Virus record (IMG/VR): IMGVR_UViG_3300020046_001970
DNA length: 64,000 nt
From: an uncultured virus (IMG/VR IMGVR_UViG_3300020046_001970)
Taxonomy: Duplodnaviria > Heunggongvirae > Uroviricota > Caudoviricetes
Direction: 5' to 3' (one strand)
The notes under the pieces were generated by a model. That model was not told where the DNA came from and ran no database searches. It saw only the letters and a list, made by a program, of their open reading frames with translations. Both the position numbers and the translations under genes were made by a program. Below, in pieces: positions 28,870 to 38,143 of this stretch; positions within the stretch are counted from its first letter, which is position 1; every line of letters starts with the position of its first letter.

Positions 28870-30090
28870 ATGCTTGAAGTTGAGGTCAGAGGGTTTCAAT
28901 CGATAGAGCATGTAAAGCTCCAGATTGATGGATTTACCGCACTAACGGGTAGGTCTAACATAGGTAAGAGTGCGTTCGTGAGGGCTATGAAAGTGGCCCT
29001 CACGAACTCAGGTGGAGTTGCCTTTGTTCGACACGCTATCGATTGCGCAAGAGCGCTAAGAGGAGCCAAAACCTGTAAGTGTCAATCCTCTGTTCATATC
29101 GTAGGTGAAGGCTTCGACTTACTGTGGGAAAAGGGGGATGCCGTCAACCGGTATGTGTTCAATGGTAACACGTACGATAAACCGGGAGCTGGTACCCCAG
29201 ATTTCCTTATGTCTAGTGGGTTTGCGCCTGTGAAGATAGGGGGTAACTCCGTACTGATTCAGGTGTCGGACCAATTTTACCCCATCTTCATGCTAGATCA
29301 GTCTGGCCCAGCAGCAGCAGAAGCTATCTCTGATGTGGCTAGCCTAGGTAGGGTAAATAGTGCTCTACGACTTGTGGAAAAAGATCGTAGAGAGGCTCTC
29401 GCTACTCAAAAGGTGCGGGATAAGGACCTAAAGGAGACCCAGGAGCACCTTACGCAATATGTCGACTTAGACCTAGGTTTGAGTTGTGTAGATGCTGTAG
29501 TTCAACAGCTCGCTACCGTAAGGGGGAAGCTCCGAGACCTAGATGAGGTGGATGGGTTCATCCTTGCCCTACAGGGCATCTCAGACAGGTTAAGGACCAT
29601 ATGGCGAATCAGCTCAGTGGTAACCCCAGAGTCCGAGTCCATCTCAGGTCCCCACCGTAGGCTGCTACAGATTCAGGAGTTTAACTCGGAGGTTGAGAAG
29701 CGAGAGGGTAGCCTAGCCAAACTCCTTCCCCTTCAGGGGCTACTGAACTCGACTAAGCTGGATGTTGACTTGACCCTTGGGCATAAGCAATTACGTCAAC
29801 TTAGTAACTGGGTACTTCGACTTAAGGACCTCAAGTTGAAGTTTGCTAGTCTTGAGCGAGCTGGAACGACTTGGCAGGGGGTAGGTGCAGCCGACCTTAA
29901 CCTCTCTGCCCTTAAGCAGCTCCAGCAATTTCAAGTGAAGTTGGCCAGCCTACAGAAGACTATTGCAGACATCGAAGCTCAAGTGTCTAACCTCGATCAA
30001 GTGGAGGTCGGGTTGCAGGCTGAGTTGGATGAAATAGGGGCGTGCCCAACCTGCCTACAAGCTATTCACGGAGAGCACCACCATGCCTAG
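28870..30090 (+). CDS. SbcC/Rad50-like ATPase, N-terminal half (Walker A to Zn hook)
   Basis: GFQS, GRSNIGKS, coiled coil, terminal CPTC. Confidence 0.85.
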   Translation: MLEVEVRGFQSIEHVKLQIDGFTALTGRSNIGKSAFVRAMKVALTNSGGVAFVRHAIDCARALRGAKTCKCQSSVHIVGEGFDLLWEKGDAVNRYVFNGNTYDKPGAGTPDFLMSSGFAPVKIGGNSVLIQVSDQFYPIFMLDQSGPAAAEAISDVASLGRVNSALRLVEKDRREALATQKVRDKDLKETQEHLTQYVDLDLGLSCVDAVVQQLATVRGKLRDLDEVDGFILALQGISDRLRTIWRISSVVTPESESISGPHRRLLQIQEFNSEVEKREGSLAKLLPLQGLLNSTKLDVDLTLGHKQLRQLSNWVLRLKDLKLKFASLERAGTTWQGVGAADLNLSALKQLQQFQVKLASLQKTIADIEAQVSNLDQVEVGLQAELDEIGACPTCLQAIHGEHHHA

Positions 30091-31060
30091 GGTTGCATTT
30101 GTATGTAGGACTGACACTCACTTGTCAGATCGAAGCCCCATTTCCTGGAAGGCCGACTACCCAATGGAGGTGTGGTCTAGCCTAGAGCAGGTAGGAGCCC
30201 TGGCTAAGAAGTGGGAAGCTAACGCTGTCCTGGATGCAGGGGATTACTTCCACGTAAAGGCTGCTACAAAGAATCCGCATCGACTAGTGGAGCGCTCTGC
30301 CAGGCTGCATCAAGGGTACTCATGTCCTACGTTCTGTGTGGAGGGTAATCACGACATAGCCTACAACAACCTTGATACGCTCGCGGATCAGCCGCTTGGG
30401 GTACTGTACGCCACGAAGGTGTTCCAGCACCTGCGGGAGGAAGTCTTCCGAGATGGGAACTTACAGGTCCGTGTGGTCGGGGTTCCCTACAGTCCGGTTC
30501 GTAAGCTGAGTGAGTTGTTGCAGATCCAAAAAAAGCCTGGAGATACTCACCTTATTGCCGTAGTTCACACGCTAGCATCGAAGACCCCTCCACCTCAAGT
30601 CGAGGACTTCTGGAACGAGCCAGTCTTCTCCTACGAGTCTCTAGTGAGTAGGAATGGGCCAGATTGCTGGGTATTTGGGCATTGGCACAAGGATCAGGGT
30701 GTCGAAGAGATCTCAGGGGTAAAGTTCGTGAACAATGGTGCCCTATCGAGAGGTGCGCTCGTTCGAGAGAACCTAACTAGGATCCCTAAAGCCTCCATCA
30801 TCGAGATCGATAACGGCAAGCTATCTGTCACGTCCTCTCTAATTTCCGTGGCGTCCGCTGAAGACGTGTTCGACTTGGAGCGAAAAGCTACTCAAGAGCG
30901 AGAACGTAAAGATATCGAGCAGTTTGTTCTACAGTTGATGATGAAGGGTGCTATTGACCCTACGTCTAGCATCGAGGAGAACATTCGAACGCTTGGTTTT
31001 GCAGATGAGGTTCGGGATGCTGCTCTACGCTACTTTGAACTTGTTGACACAGTGGGGTAA
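30083..31060 (+). CDS. SbcD/Mre11-like metallophosphoesterase nuclease
   Basis: TDTH, AGDYFH, GNHD, FGHWH. Confidence 0.88.
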   Translation: MPRVAFVCRTDTHLSDRSPISWKADYPMEVWSSLEQVGALAKKWEANAVLDAGDYFHVKAATKNPHRLVERSARLHQGYSCPTFCVEGNHDIAYNNLDTLADQPLGVLYATKVFQHLREEVFRDGNLQVRVVGVPYSPVRKLSELLQIQKKPGDTHLIAVVHTLASKTPPPQVEDFWNEPVFSYESLVSRNGPDCWVFGHWHKDQGVEEISGVKFVNNGALSRGALVRENLTRIPKASIIEIDNGKLSVTSSLISVASAEDVFDLERKATQERERKDIEQFVLQLMMKGAIDPTSSIEENIRTLGFADEVRDAALRYFELVDTVG

Positions 31061-31062
31061 TC

Positions 31063-32028
31063 GTGTACATTTCATACTCTGGTTACAAGTCTAACGAGCA
31101 GTGCCCGTTGTCCTACTGGCATCGGTATGTAAACAAGACGGTGCTAACTGCCCCAGATAACGGTGTGAATGCCCTCTACGGGATAATCATTGGCACGGTT
31201 TTCGAGATCTTCTATCGAGATCGAATTTGGAAGCACGTCAACTACGTAGATAAGTTGCAGGATCTCGTTGAGCCCGTCTACCTTGAGTCCACAAAACCTC
31301 AAAAGGGTAGGGTTATTGACTGGGGGGACGAGAGGTCGAACTATGCAAGTAAAGAGGCCTTACTAGTCGATGTTCGAGACTCTATCCCACGGGGCATAGA
31401 CACTATCCGACGAAATAGGCTCGTTGGTAGGTATGCGGAGGCTGAGGTAAAGCTTGACACGAAGTTTGGGGAGCATCTTATTGGAGGTAGAGCTGACTTC
31501 CTAATCCAGAGGGTGGCTCCTGACGGTGACCTCGTGTTGCTTGACGGTAAGGGGTCAAAGCACAGAGATAAGTATGTCGATGGGCACGCTAAGAAAGCTG
31601 GAAAGCAAGTAGAGGGTGTGCAGCTCAAGTGGTACGCCTTCCTGCATAGAGCTAAGCTAAATAAGGTCCCTGACCAGCTAGGCTATGTCTTCTGGAGATT
31701 TGAGGGGGACGCTGCTATGGAGTGGATCCCGTTCACCAAGTTCGATCTAGACCAGCTTCAACACGAGGTGTTGTCAACGGTCGACAGGGTGTCCGGGTCA
31801 ATCCAGAAGCTTGCTAAGGTGAGCGGTAAGGCTCAAGAGCACTCGGAGTTGCTACAGGAGTTGTTCCCAGCTCAGCCAGGTTGGCACTGTTCGTTGTGTT
31901 CGTACCTTCCGGTGTGTGAGGAGGGTAAGAAAAAAGTAGCTTCCATTCAAAATCAACAACGAAAACCTAGGCCTACCCTACCCCAGAGTGGTGTACTAGA
32001 GGATGGCCTGTCTCTAGATGAGGAGTGA
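31063..32028 (+). CDS. PD-(D/E)XK nuclease, Cas4/AddB-like with Fe-S-type Cys
   Basis: ISYS..CP, GRAD, LLDGK, QLKWY, CSLC..C. Confidence 0.8.
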   Translation: MYISYSGYKSNEQCPLSYWHRYVNKTVLTAPDNGVNALYGIIIGTVFEIFYRDRIWKHVNYVDKLQDLVEPVYLESTKPQKGRVIDWGDERSNYASKEALLVDVRDSIPRGIDTIRRNRLVGRYAEAEVKLDTKFGEHLIGGRADFLIQRVAPDGDLVLLDGKGSKHRDKYVDGHAKKAGKQVEGVQLKWYAFLHRAKLNKVPDQLGYVFWRFEGDAAMEWIPFTKFDLDQLQHEVLSTVDRVSGSIQKLAKVSGKAQEHSELLQELFPAQPGWHCSLCSYLPVCEEGKKKVASIQNQQRKPRPTLPQSGVLEDGLSLDEE

Positions 32029-32031
32029 GTC

Positions 32032-32310
32032 ATGTTAGCACCCGATGAACTTGAGCGTAAAATTGCAGACCTTATCTCCAGGAACCAGCGGGTTCTTAAG
32101 CGTAAAACTGAGCTAGGGGGAGAGCTGAAGTCTAAGAAGGAGGAGCTGGCGAATCTCGTTGCAGAAATCAAAGCAGCTGGATACAACCCCAAGACTTTGG
32201 TGGAGGACCGAGACAAAACGCAGCAGGAGCTAGAGACCCTAATGCTCTCCTTTGAAAAGGGGCTGGTTGAAGCTGAGACCACAATCGAGGATTACGACAA
32301 GAAGAAGTAG
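32032..32310 (+). CDS. coiled-coil protein
   Basis: GAGGAG RBS, heptad pattern. Confidence 0.7.
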   Translation: MLAPDELERKIADLISRNQRVLKRKTELGGELKSKKEELANLVAEIKAAGYNPKTLVEDRDKTQQELETLMLSFEKGLVEAETTIEDYDKKK

Positions 32311-32314
32311 TCCG

Positions 32315-33511
32315 ATGAAATTTGCAGCAAACATTGCAGACTTACTGGAAGCCGTTAGTCTCGTTGGCATTGTCACCCCAGCGAAGGACTCTGGCTATCT
32401 ATTCAAGGTAGTGGGCGAGCGTTGCTACGTCTACTCCAGTGATAGCCTGTGTGTGGCAAGAGCTGAGTTCGCTGTAAGCTCTGACGCGGATGGGGAGTTT
32501 ATCTACCCCGTTGCGAACATCGACGCCTTGCGTTTCCTCGGTAAGCATACCGTTAGGTTTGAGACCGTGGAGGAGGAGGGGAAGTTCGTTGTACGCTACC
32601 AAGCGTCGAATGGGGCCAAGTCTGAGCGCACCACAAGGAACCCTAAGTCTCTATCCACTTGCGACCAGGAGCTGCAAAAAGCAGAGGAGGCTTACACTGT
32701 CCCAGCCAAGGTGCTCCAAAAAGCCCTTGTACTCAGCAAGCCCTTCATGGGTAAGGACGCCCCACAGGAGAAGTTCAGGTCCATACGGTTGCATACAGAC
32801 CTGGGTGACGGATACCTTTGCGCCTCAGATGGGCAGAAGGCCTCCTTCTTTTGGTCTGAGGCCTTTCAGGGTAAGGCCTTCTCCGTCCACCAGCTCCACC
32901 TAGACAACCTGATAGGGTTTCTGGCAAAGAGTCCTGGGGAGATTCAGGTCCTCTTTGGGGCCCAGTTTACCTTTGTTCGAAACACGAAAGGTCAAGTGTT
33001 TGGCTGGCCAAAGTACGCAAATGCGGATGGTATTTTCAGCACTTACGCCCTAGATGTCGACTACTTTGTTCTTGGGGTTGATCGGCAGCAACTGTACGGG
33101 ACTCTTCAGTATCTGAAAAAAGAGCTGGAATCCAATTACGAGAAGGTGCGGATAGTCTACTCTCACGAGCAATGTAGCCTTGAGTTTGTGATTGCAGATG
33201 GGTCCTCTAAGGTCAAGAGCCCACCTACAGCCGTGAGGTTAAAGGCAAAACCGGACGGTGAGGTTTGGGCGTTGCCCGAAAGTTGGTCTTTCGATATCAG
33301 TTTAGACCATCTCATGTCCTTGGTTAAGGATAACCTCAGCCCTGAAGTGGAGCTGCGAGTGTGGTGGTGCCAAGTAGCTGAAGCTCGAAAACCAACTGGG
33401 GTTTTTCGCACTATAGATGAGTTTCGATTGGACTCCAATGGAGAGTCAGTCCCTGACTCGGAAGGTTCCGTGCTATGTCGAGTCATACGATTCATGTCCT
33501 CCCGAATGTAG
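32315..33511 (+). CDS. putative DnaN-like sliding clamp
   Basis: about 400 aa, three alpha/beta repeats, LCASDG motif, clamp-loader genes nearby. Confidence 0.5.
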   Translation: MKFAANIADLLEAVSLVGIVTPAKDSGYLFKVVGERCYVYSSDSLCVARAEFAVSSDADGEFIYPVANIDALRFLGKHTVRFETVEEEGKFVVRYQASNGAKSERTTRNPKSLSTCDQELQKAEEAYTVPAKVLQKALVLSKPFMGKDAPQEKFRSIRLHTDLGDGYLCASDGQKASFFWSEAFQGKAFSVHQLHLDNLIGFLAKSPGEIQVLFGAQFTFVRNTKGQVFGWPKYANADGIFSTYALDVDYFVLGVDRQQLYGTLQYLKKELESNYEKVRIVYSHEQCSLEFVIADGSSKVKSPPTAVRLKAKPDGEVWALPESWSFDISLDHLMSLVKDNLSPEVELRVWWCQVAEARKPTGVFRTIDEFRLDSNGESVPDSEGSVLCRVIRFMSSRM

Positions 33512-34173
33512 ACGCTCTAACCTTGCGTGTTCGTGCCCTACAGGACAAGGCGTTACGAGCTAAGACCATTCGAGACCAGCTGGTCACTACCGCGACTGCC
33601 AGAGAACTTGAGATCCTAGAGCTGAAAAAGAAGCAGGACATCCTAGTGAAGGTGTCCGAGCTGTACCGAACCCTTATGGATCGACTCGTCCTGCATCAGG
33701 TGAAGATGACAGAGGACATCGTTACAGAGGGGTTGAAGGCTATCTTTTTCGATCAAGACCTCAAGTTTAAGGCCGAAGTAACGTCCAAGTACAACAAGAT
33801 AAGCGTTGAGTTCCTTATCTGTATCGGGGATCCGGACAATGGTGGGTTTGTAGGTGCCCCATTGGAGTCCTTTGGGGGTGGTCCTGCTACGGTTGCCAGT
33901 CTCATTCTCCGTATCTTGACGCTTTTACGTCTCAAACGACAGAAGTTACTGTTACTAGATGAGACGCTTGCTGCGATATCGGATGAGTACATAGAGCCGA
34001 CTGCTCAGTTCCTATCTAAGCTTGCAGGTGCAAGTGGATTGAATCTACTCTTAATTGCACACAAAGCTGCTTGGTCGGACTATGCCAATAGCAGCTACCA
34101 CGGGGATCTTAAGGCTGAGGTTGGCTCTAAGCCGAAACTCCACCTCAAAAAAGTACGAGGCCCTACGTGTTAA
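33475..34173 (+). CDS. SbcC/Rad50-like ATPase, C-terminal half
   Basis: coiled coil, signature-like SFGGG, Walker B LLLLDE, LIAH. Confidence 0.82.
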   Translation: MSSHTIHVLPNVDALTLRVRALQDKALRAKTIRDQLVTTATARELEILELKKKQDILVKVSELYRTLMDRLVLHQVKMTEDIVTEGLKAIFFDQDLKFKAEVTSKYNKISVEFLICIGDPDNGGFVGAPLESFGGGPATVASLILRILTLLRLKRQKLLLLDETLAAISDEYIEPTAQFLSKLAGASGLNLLLIAHKAAWSDYANSSYHGDLKAEVGSKPKLHLKKVRGPTC

Positions 34174-34841
34174 AGGTGCAGGTCGAACATAGGTTGAGTG
34201 AGCTACTAGCTAGTGCTCGTAATAGCTACATTGCAGAGTTTACCGAGTGCTTACCTCACCACTGTGTGCACAACTACAGGCACTCCTTAGATCAACGAAA
34301 GCTGATTGGGTCAGAGGCTAACCCTGATTACAATCGGGTTACGTCATCGAAGCGCAGCTTGCCCGTCCTCCAAACAATTGGGCTGTGCATGTTAGGGTCC
34401 GACGATCCTGAGAGTTGGAGTGGGACTATCTGTGAGGAGCCTCTTGACGCCAAGCGTTGTGGTGACTTCACTTTAGCTCGCTCAGAGAGTGAACTTTTAG
34501 GTGAATTCGAGGCGTTGCTTCAGGACGATTCTTGGGTGGAGTTGAATCTCCCTCAGGTTCATACCCTACGTTGGGTCCTCTCACTGGAGGGTGGTGCCGA
34601 CCCTAGCCCGATCCTCGTAGAGGCGCCACAGGCCACAGTAGAAGCGTCACAGGCCTCAGTTCTGTTCCCTTGTTGCCACTGTGGGGTACCCCTTGAAAAC
34701 GAGTGGTCCCCTACCTCCTGCTGTCCCTCCTGCGACAAGACCCCAGAAGCGCTGCCGACTCTTGTAGAGACGTTGCCCCTCGTACCAGTAAGGGTCACCC
34801 TATGGGGTCGAATACTTCAATGGTTTCGGAGCTTTCGCTAG
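34167..34841 (+). CDS. Cys-rich hypothetical protein
   Basis: ORF in operon. Confidence 0.7.
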   Translation: MLKVQVEHRLSELLASARNSYIAEFTECLPHHCVHNYRHSLDQRKLIGSEANPDYNRVTSSKRSLPVLQTIGLCMLGSDDPESWSGTICEEPLDAKRCGDFTLARSESELLGEFEALLQDDSWVELNLPQVHTLRWVLSLEGGADPSPILVEAPQATVEASQASVLFPCCHCGVPLENEWSPTSCCPSCDKTPEALPTLVETLPLVPVRVTLWGRILQWFRSFR

Positions 34842-35426
34842 ATGCTATCTATCCTATCGCAGTTACTCGTTCCTGATCGACATCGACCTAAGTCTGCAAA
34901 GGTGGGCTTAGCAGTGCCGATGATGATTGAGTTGCCAGGGGTAAGTACAGCCAAACAGGCGCTTGCTACGAATACGAGGGGGGACTTCGTTCAAACTCGT
35001 AGGACGGCAGATGGTACTTTACGTCTAGGGTTGTTCGATTGCCCCTTGGAGGACGAACCCAAGGTACTAGCTAAGCTTTTCCGAACCCTTCAGAGGGAGG
35101 CTAAGTTAGAGGGATGGAAGACGTGCCACCCTGACTTGGTTTCAGCTCTGAGTAAGATGCGGGAGGTTGGTACGACCCCTAAGTCCGTGGTACTGGCTAG
35201 TGATCTAGCGAAAGCTGTCACAAACCATGAGCTAAAGGAGGGGGAGACTTTGACCTTGAGTGGGTTGAATGTAATCACCACGAACGGATTAGTGGACGGT
35301 CAGGCTATGGTGGCAGCTAACCCTACAGCTCTTGGGGTTTATGTGCGCATTGGAGACCAGCTTGGTATCCAATTGTACGATGTTCAACATAACCTCTACC
35401 TTGTTGACCCTAGCTATGTGGGTTGA
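34842..35426 (+). CDS. hypothetical protein
   Basis: ORF in operon. Confidence 0.7.
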   Translation: MLSILSQLLVPDRHRPKSAKVGLAVPMMIELPGVSTAKQALATNTRGDFVQTRRTADGTLRLGLFDCPLEDEPKVLAKLFRTLQREAKLEGWKTCHPDLVSALSKMREVGTTPKSVVLASDLAKAVTNHELKEGETLTLSGLNVITTNGLVDGQAMVAANPTALGVYVRIGDQLGIQLYDVQHNLYLVDPSYVG

Positions 35427-36111
35427 TACGTTTACAGCTCACACTCACGAGCTACTCCTTACCTCAGAGCCTGTTCTGGAGTTTCTTTGGGGTAGAGGAG
35501 TCTCTAACGATCAGATTGAATCGTTCAATCTCGGGTACTTTGATGGAGAGTTACCTCCAGCTCAGTACTCCAGCGAGTTCCTAGATTGGGCTAAGGGTGG
35601 CCTAAAGCTCAGGCAGACCCTCGTTTTCCCTTTGACGAATGCGCTAGGCAGTGTAAGAGGAGTTCAAGTACGAGCCTTGGACCGTAGCAAGTACTCTGAC
35701 TTCTTCTTGACTAGCTCTGAGCCGGTACTATTCGGACTGGGGCAGGCAATGCCCCATATTTGGAAGGACGAGTCTACGATAGTCGTAGAGGGGGTGTTCG
35801 ATTTATTCCCTGTCCAAAGAGTCAACCCCACGGTTGTATCCACCTTAACTGCAAAAGTCAGTGAGTCTTTTGCTCGCACGCTAAAACGAGTCGCTCACAC
35901 CATTTACCCGTTCTACGATTCGGACGCGAAGGGTAGACATGGTGTAGAGGCTATACGCACCAAGTACGGTAGAGACCTTACTGTACGCCCTATCGAATAC
36001 CCACTAGGCCTAAAGCTAATTGATGGTACCCCCATCAAAGATCCTGGTAACCTGTGGGAAGCCTTGGGTGATGAACGTTTCGCTCAATTTTTGACCCAAC
36101 AACTGGAGTAA
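35416..36111 (+). CDS. DnaG-type primase catalytic core without Zn-binding domain
   Basis: FLWGRGV..FNLGY, VVEGVFD, YDSDAKG, KDPG. Confidence 0.85.
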   Translation: MWVDTFTAHTHELLLTSEPVLEFLWGRGVSNDQIESFNLGYFDGELPPAQYSSEFLDWAKGGLKLRQTLVFPLTNALGSVRGVQVRALDRSKYSDFFLTSSEPVLFGLGQAMPHIWKDESTIVVEGVFDLFPVQRVNPTVVSTLTAKVSESFARTLKRVAHTIYPFYDSDAKGRHGVEAIRTKYGRDLTVRPIEYPLGLKLIDGTPIKDPGNLWEALGDERFAQFLTQQLE

Positions 36112-36114
36112 GTT

Positions 36115-36600
36115 ATGCAAGTGTACGCTGAGGCTGAGGCTGTTCAGGCCATCGCAAACGACCTAATCGCCACCTACCATCCAACCCTGGCTACGGCCAA
36201 GTTCAGGTTCCTCTTCAAGGAGAAGGCCTCGAAGAAGGGTGGTAAGGTTCAACCTGGGTCAGTGAAAAAACTCTCTGACCAGATGCTCTTCCTGATTGAC
36301 GCCAACTTCCTAATGGAGATCCCTCTTGAGACATGGAATGAGATGGATGCCACGAAGCGAGTAGCTCTCATCGACCACCTACTGGAGCGCTGCGTAGGTG
36401 AGGAGGATGAAGATGGCGGTGGGGATATGAAGTGGTCTGTTCGAGAGCCAGACGTAAATGAGTTTGCTACAATCCTTCGTAGGTATGGGGCTTGGCACGA
36501 TGACCTTGCCGCCTTTGTGTCTGTTGGGCAATCCATTGACTTGGGGTACCTAACTGAAGTAGAGTCAAGTACTGAGACCGTGCAAACCACCACAAACTAA
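36115..36600 (+). CDS. putative phage metallopeptidase-like protein
   Basis: ALIDHLLERC..PDVNEFATILRRYGAW. Confidence 0.6.
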   Translation: MQVYAEAEAVQAIANDLIATYHPTLATAKFRFLFKEKASKKGGKVQPGSVKKLSDQMLFLIDANFLMEIPLETWNEMDATKRVALIDHLLERCVGEEDEDGGGDMKWSVREPDVNEFATILRRYGAWHDDLAAFVSVGQSIDLGYLTEVESSTETVQTTTN

Positions 36601-36623
36601 AGTTTGCTGGGTAAGCTCGCTAA

Positions 36624-36659
36624 GACAGGAGAGGGAAAGACTACTTCCCCTCTCCTGTC
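36624..36659 (+). terminator. hairpin, possible terminator
   Basis: GACAGGAGAGGGAA/TTCCCCTCTCCTGTC; weak U tract. Confidence 0.45.
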
Positions 36660-36691
36660 GTCTATGGTAGTAAAGACTTGAGGGGTGAATT

Positions 36692-38143
36692 GTGTGGGAT
36701 ACTCGATATCGTCCACTAGTATTCTCTGATGTGCTGGGCCAGCAAGGCACAGTGCAGGTGCTTAGAGCTAGGTTAGCCAATGATACAGCTTTGGATACGA
36801 GTTACCTCTTCTCCGGGGCTTCTGGTCAGGGGAAAACCACTCTTGGTCGTATCTTAGCTCGGGCGTTACTTTGCACCCACCTGGACAAGTCTCTCCCAGA
36901 CCCCTGCAATGCTTGCCCTAATTGCGTAGCTTGCCTCGAAGACACCTCGTCTGCGTTTGTCGAGAAAGACGCTGCGAACCAGGGCACCACTGAGCACATT
37001 CGAAAAATTGTCGAGGACCTACCCTTCGCTGTGTTCGGCGCCAGAAAGAGGGTTTACCTCTTTGATGAGTGTCATCGCATGAGTCTAGCTGCCCAAGACG
37101 GCCTATTGAAGCCTATTGAGGAGAAGCAGCTTGTAAGTATTCTTTGCACTACCGAGCCTGAAAAGGTTCGACACGCCATTCGTGCTAGGTGTGAAGAGTA
37201 TGCGATTCGGAGAATCACCAGAGAAGACATCCTAGGTAGGATGGTGTCTATCCTTCAATCGGAGAAGGTGGACTACGAGGAAGATGCAGTTCTTACCGTG
37301 ATCGACTTCGCTGGGGGACACGTTCGAGATGTGTTGAATCGTCTAGAGATGCTAGCGCAAGTTGGGGCAATCACTGTAAGCAGTGCTCGGGCCCATTTGA
37401 ACTTGTCAGCAGTCACTACCTACTACAAGATCCTACTTAGCTTGGTCTCCAATACGCAAGAAGCTCTGGATCTACTAGACTCGCTAGGTGATACAAGTAC
37501 TCCGGACGAGGTTGCTTCAGGTTTGACCGAAGCCGCAATGAACTCCTATCGTTTGGCTATGGGGATGTGTGCTAACTTTAGGTACGCTGACAAGAATCTT
37601 GGCTCACGGGTATTCGAAAGTTATGGTGGTAGTGGGTTAATTGAGTTGGTTAGGGTGCTCACCTCCACGAAGTACTCGACACAAAATGGGCTTGTTTGCG
37701 ACCTAGTGATCCTCGCTGATAAGTTGAGTTCGACCGCTCAAGCGCCTGTCCAGGTTCAGATTCAGAGTCCAATCCCGGCCCCTCCTCAGGTCCAGGCGGC
37801 CCCTCAGGTCACTGTTCCTGTTGCTGCCCCTCAGACCCCTACCCCTGCTCCTCAGGTCACTGCTCCTACTCCTGCTCCCGCCCCTCAGGTCCAGGCTCCT
37901 GTCACCCAGGATAAAGCCCCTACTCTGAGCTTCGTACCTCAACCCCCCTTAGGGGATTTAGGGTCTAACGACGTTTGCGCATTGACAGAAGTAGATTCTA
38001 AGGCAATGCCTACCGAGAAACCTGGAGTGGGTCGGATACGAAAACCACTCATCTTTGAAAAGCGAGGTGACAACAATGCCCCTATCCCTCCTAGTACATG
38101 GAGAAAGCACTTTGAGGCTCTTTGGGGCAGGAGACCTAAGTGA
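36692..38143 (+). CDS. dnaX: DNA polymerase III gamma/tau-like clamp-loader ATPase
   Basis: RYRPLVFSDVLGQ, GQGKTT, PCNACPNC, FDECH, GGHVRD; Pro/Gln-rich linker. Confidence 0.9.
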   Translation: MWDTRYRPLVFSDVLGQQGTVQVLRARLANDTALDTSYLFSGASGQGKTTLGRILARALLCTHLDKSLPDPCNACPNCVACLEDTSSAFVEKDAANQGTTEHIRKIVEDLPFAVFGARKRVYLFDECHRMSLAAQDGLLKPIEEKQLVSILCTTEPEKVRHAIRARCEEYAIRRITREDILGRMVSILQSEKVDYEEDAVLTVIDFAGGHVRDVLNRLEMLAQVGAITVSSARAHLNLSAVTTYYKILLSLVSNTQEALDLLDSLGDTSTPDEVASGLTEAAMNSYRLAMGMCANFRYADKNLGSRVFESYGGSGLIELVRVLTSTKYSTQNGLVCDLVILADKLSSTAQAPVQVQIQSPIPAPPQVQAAPQVTVPVAAPQTPTPAPQVTAPTPAPAPQVQAPVTQDKAPTLSFVPQPPLGDLGSNDVCALTEVDSKAMPTEKPGVGRIRKPLIFEKRGDNNAPIPPSTWRKHFEALWGRRPK

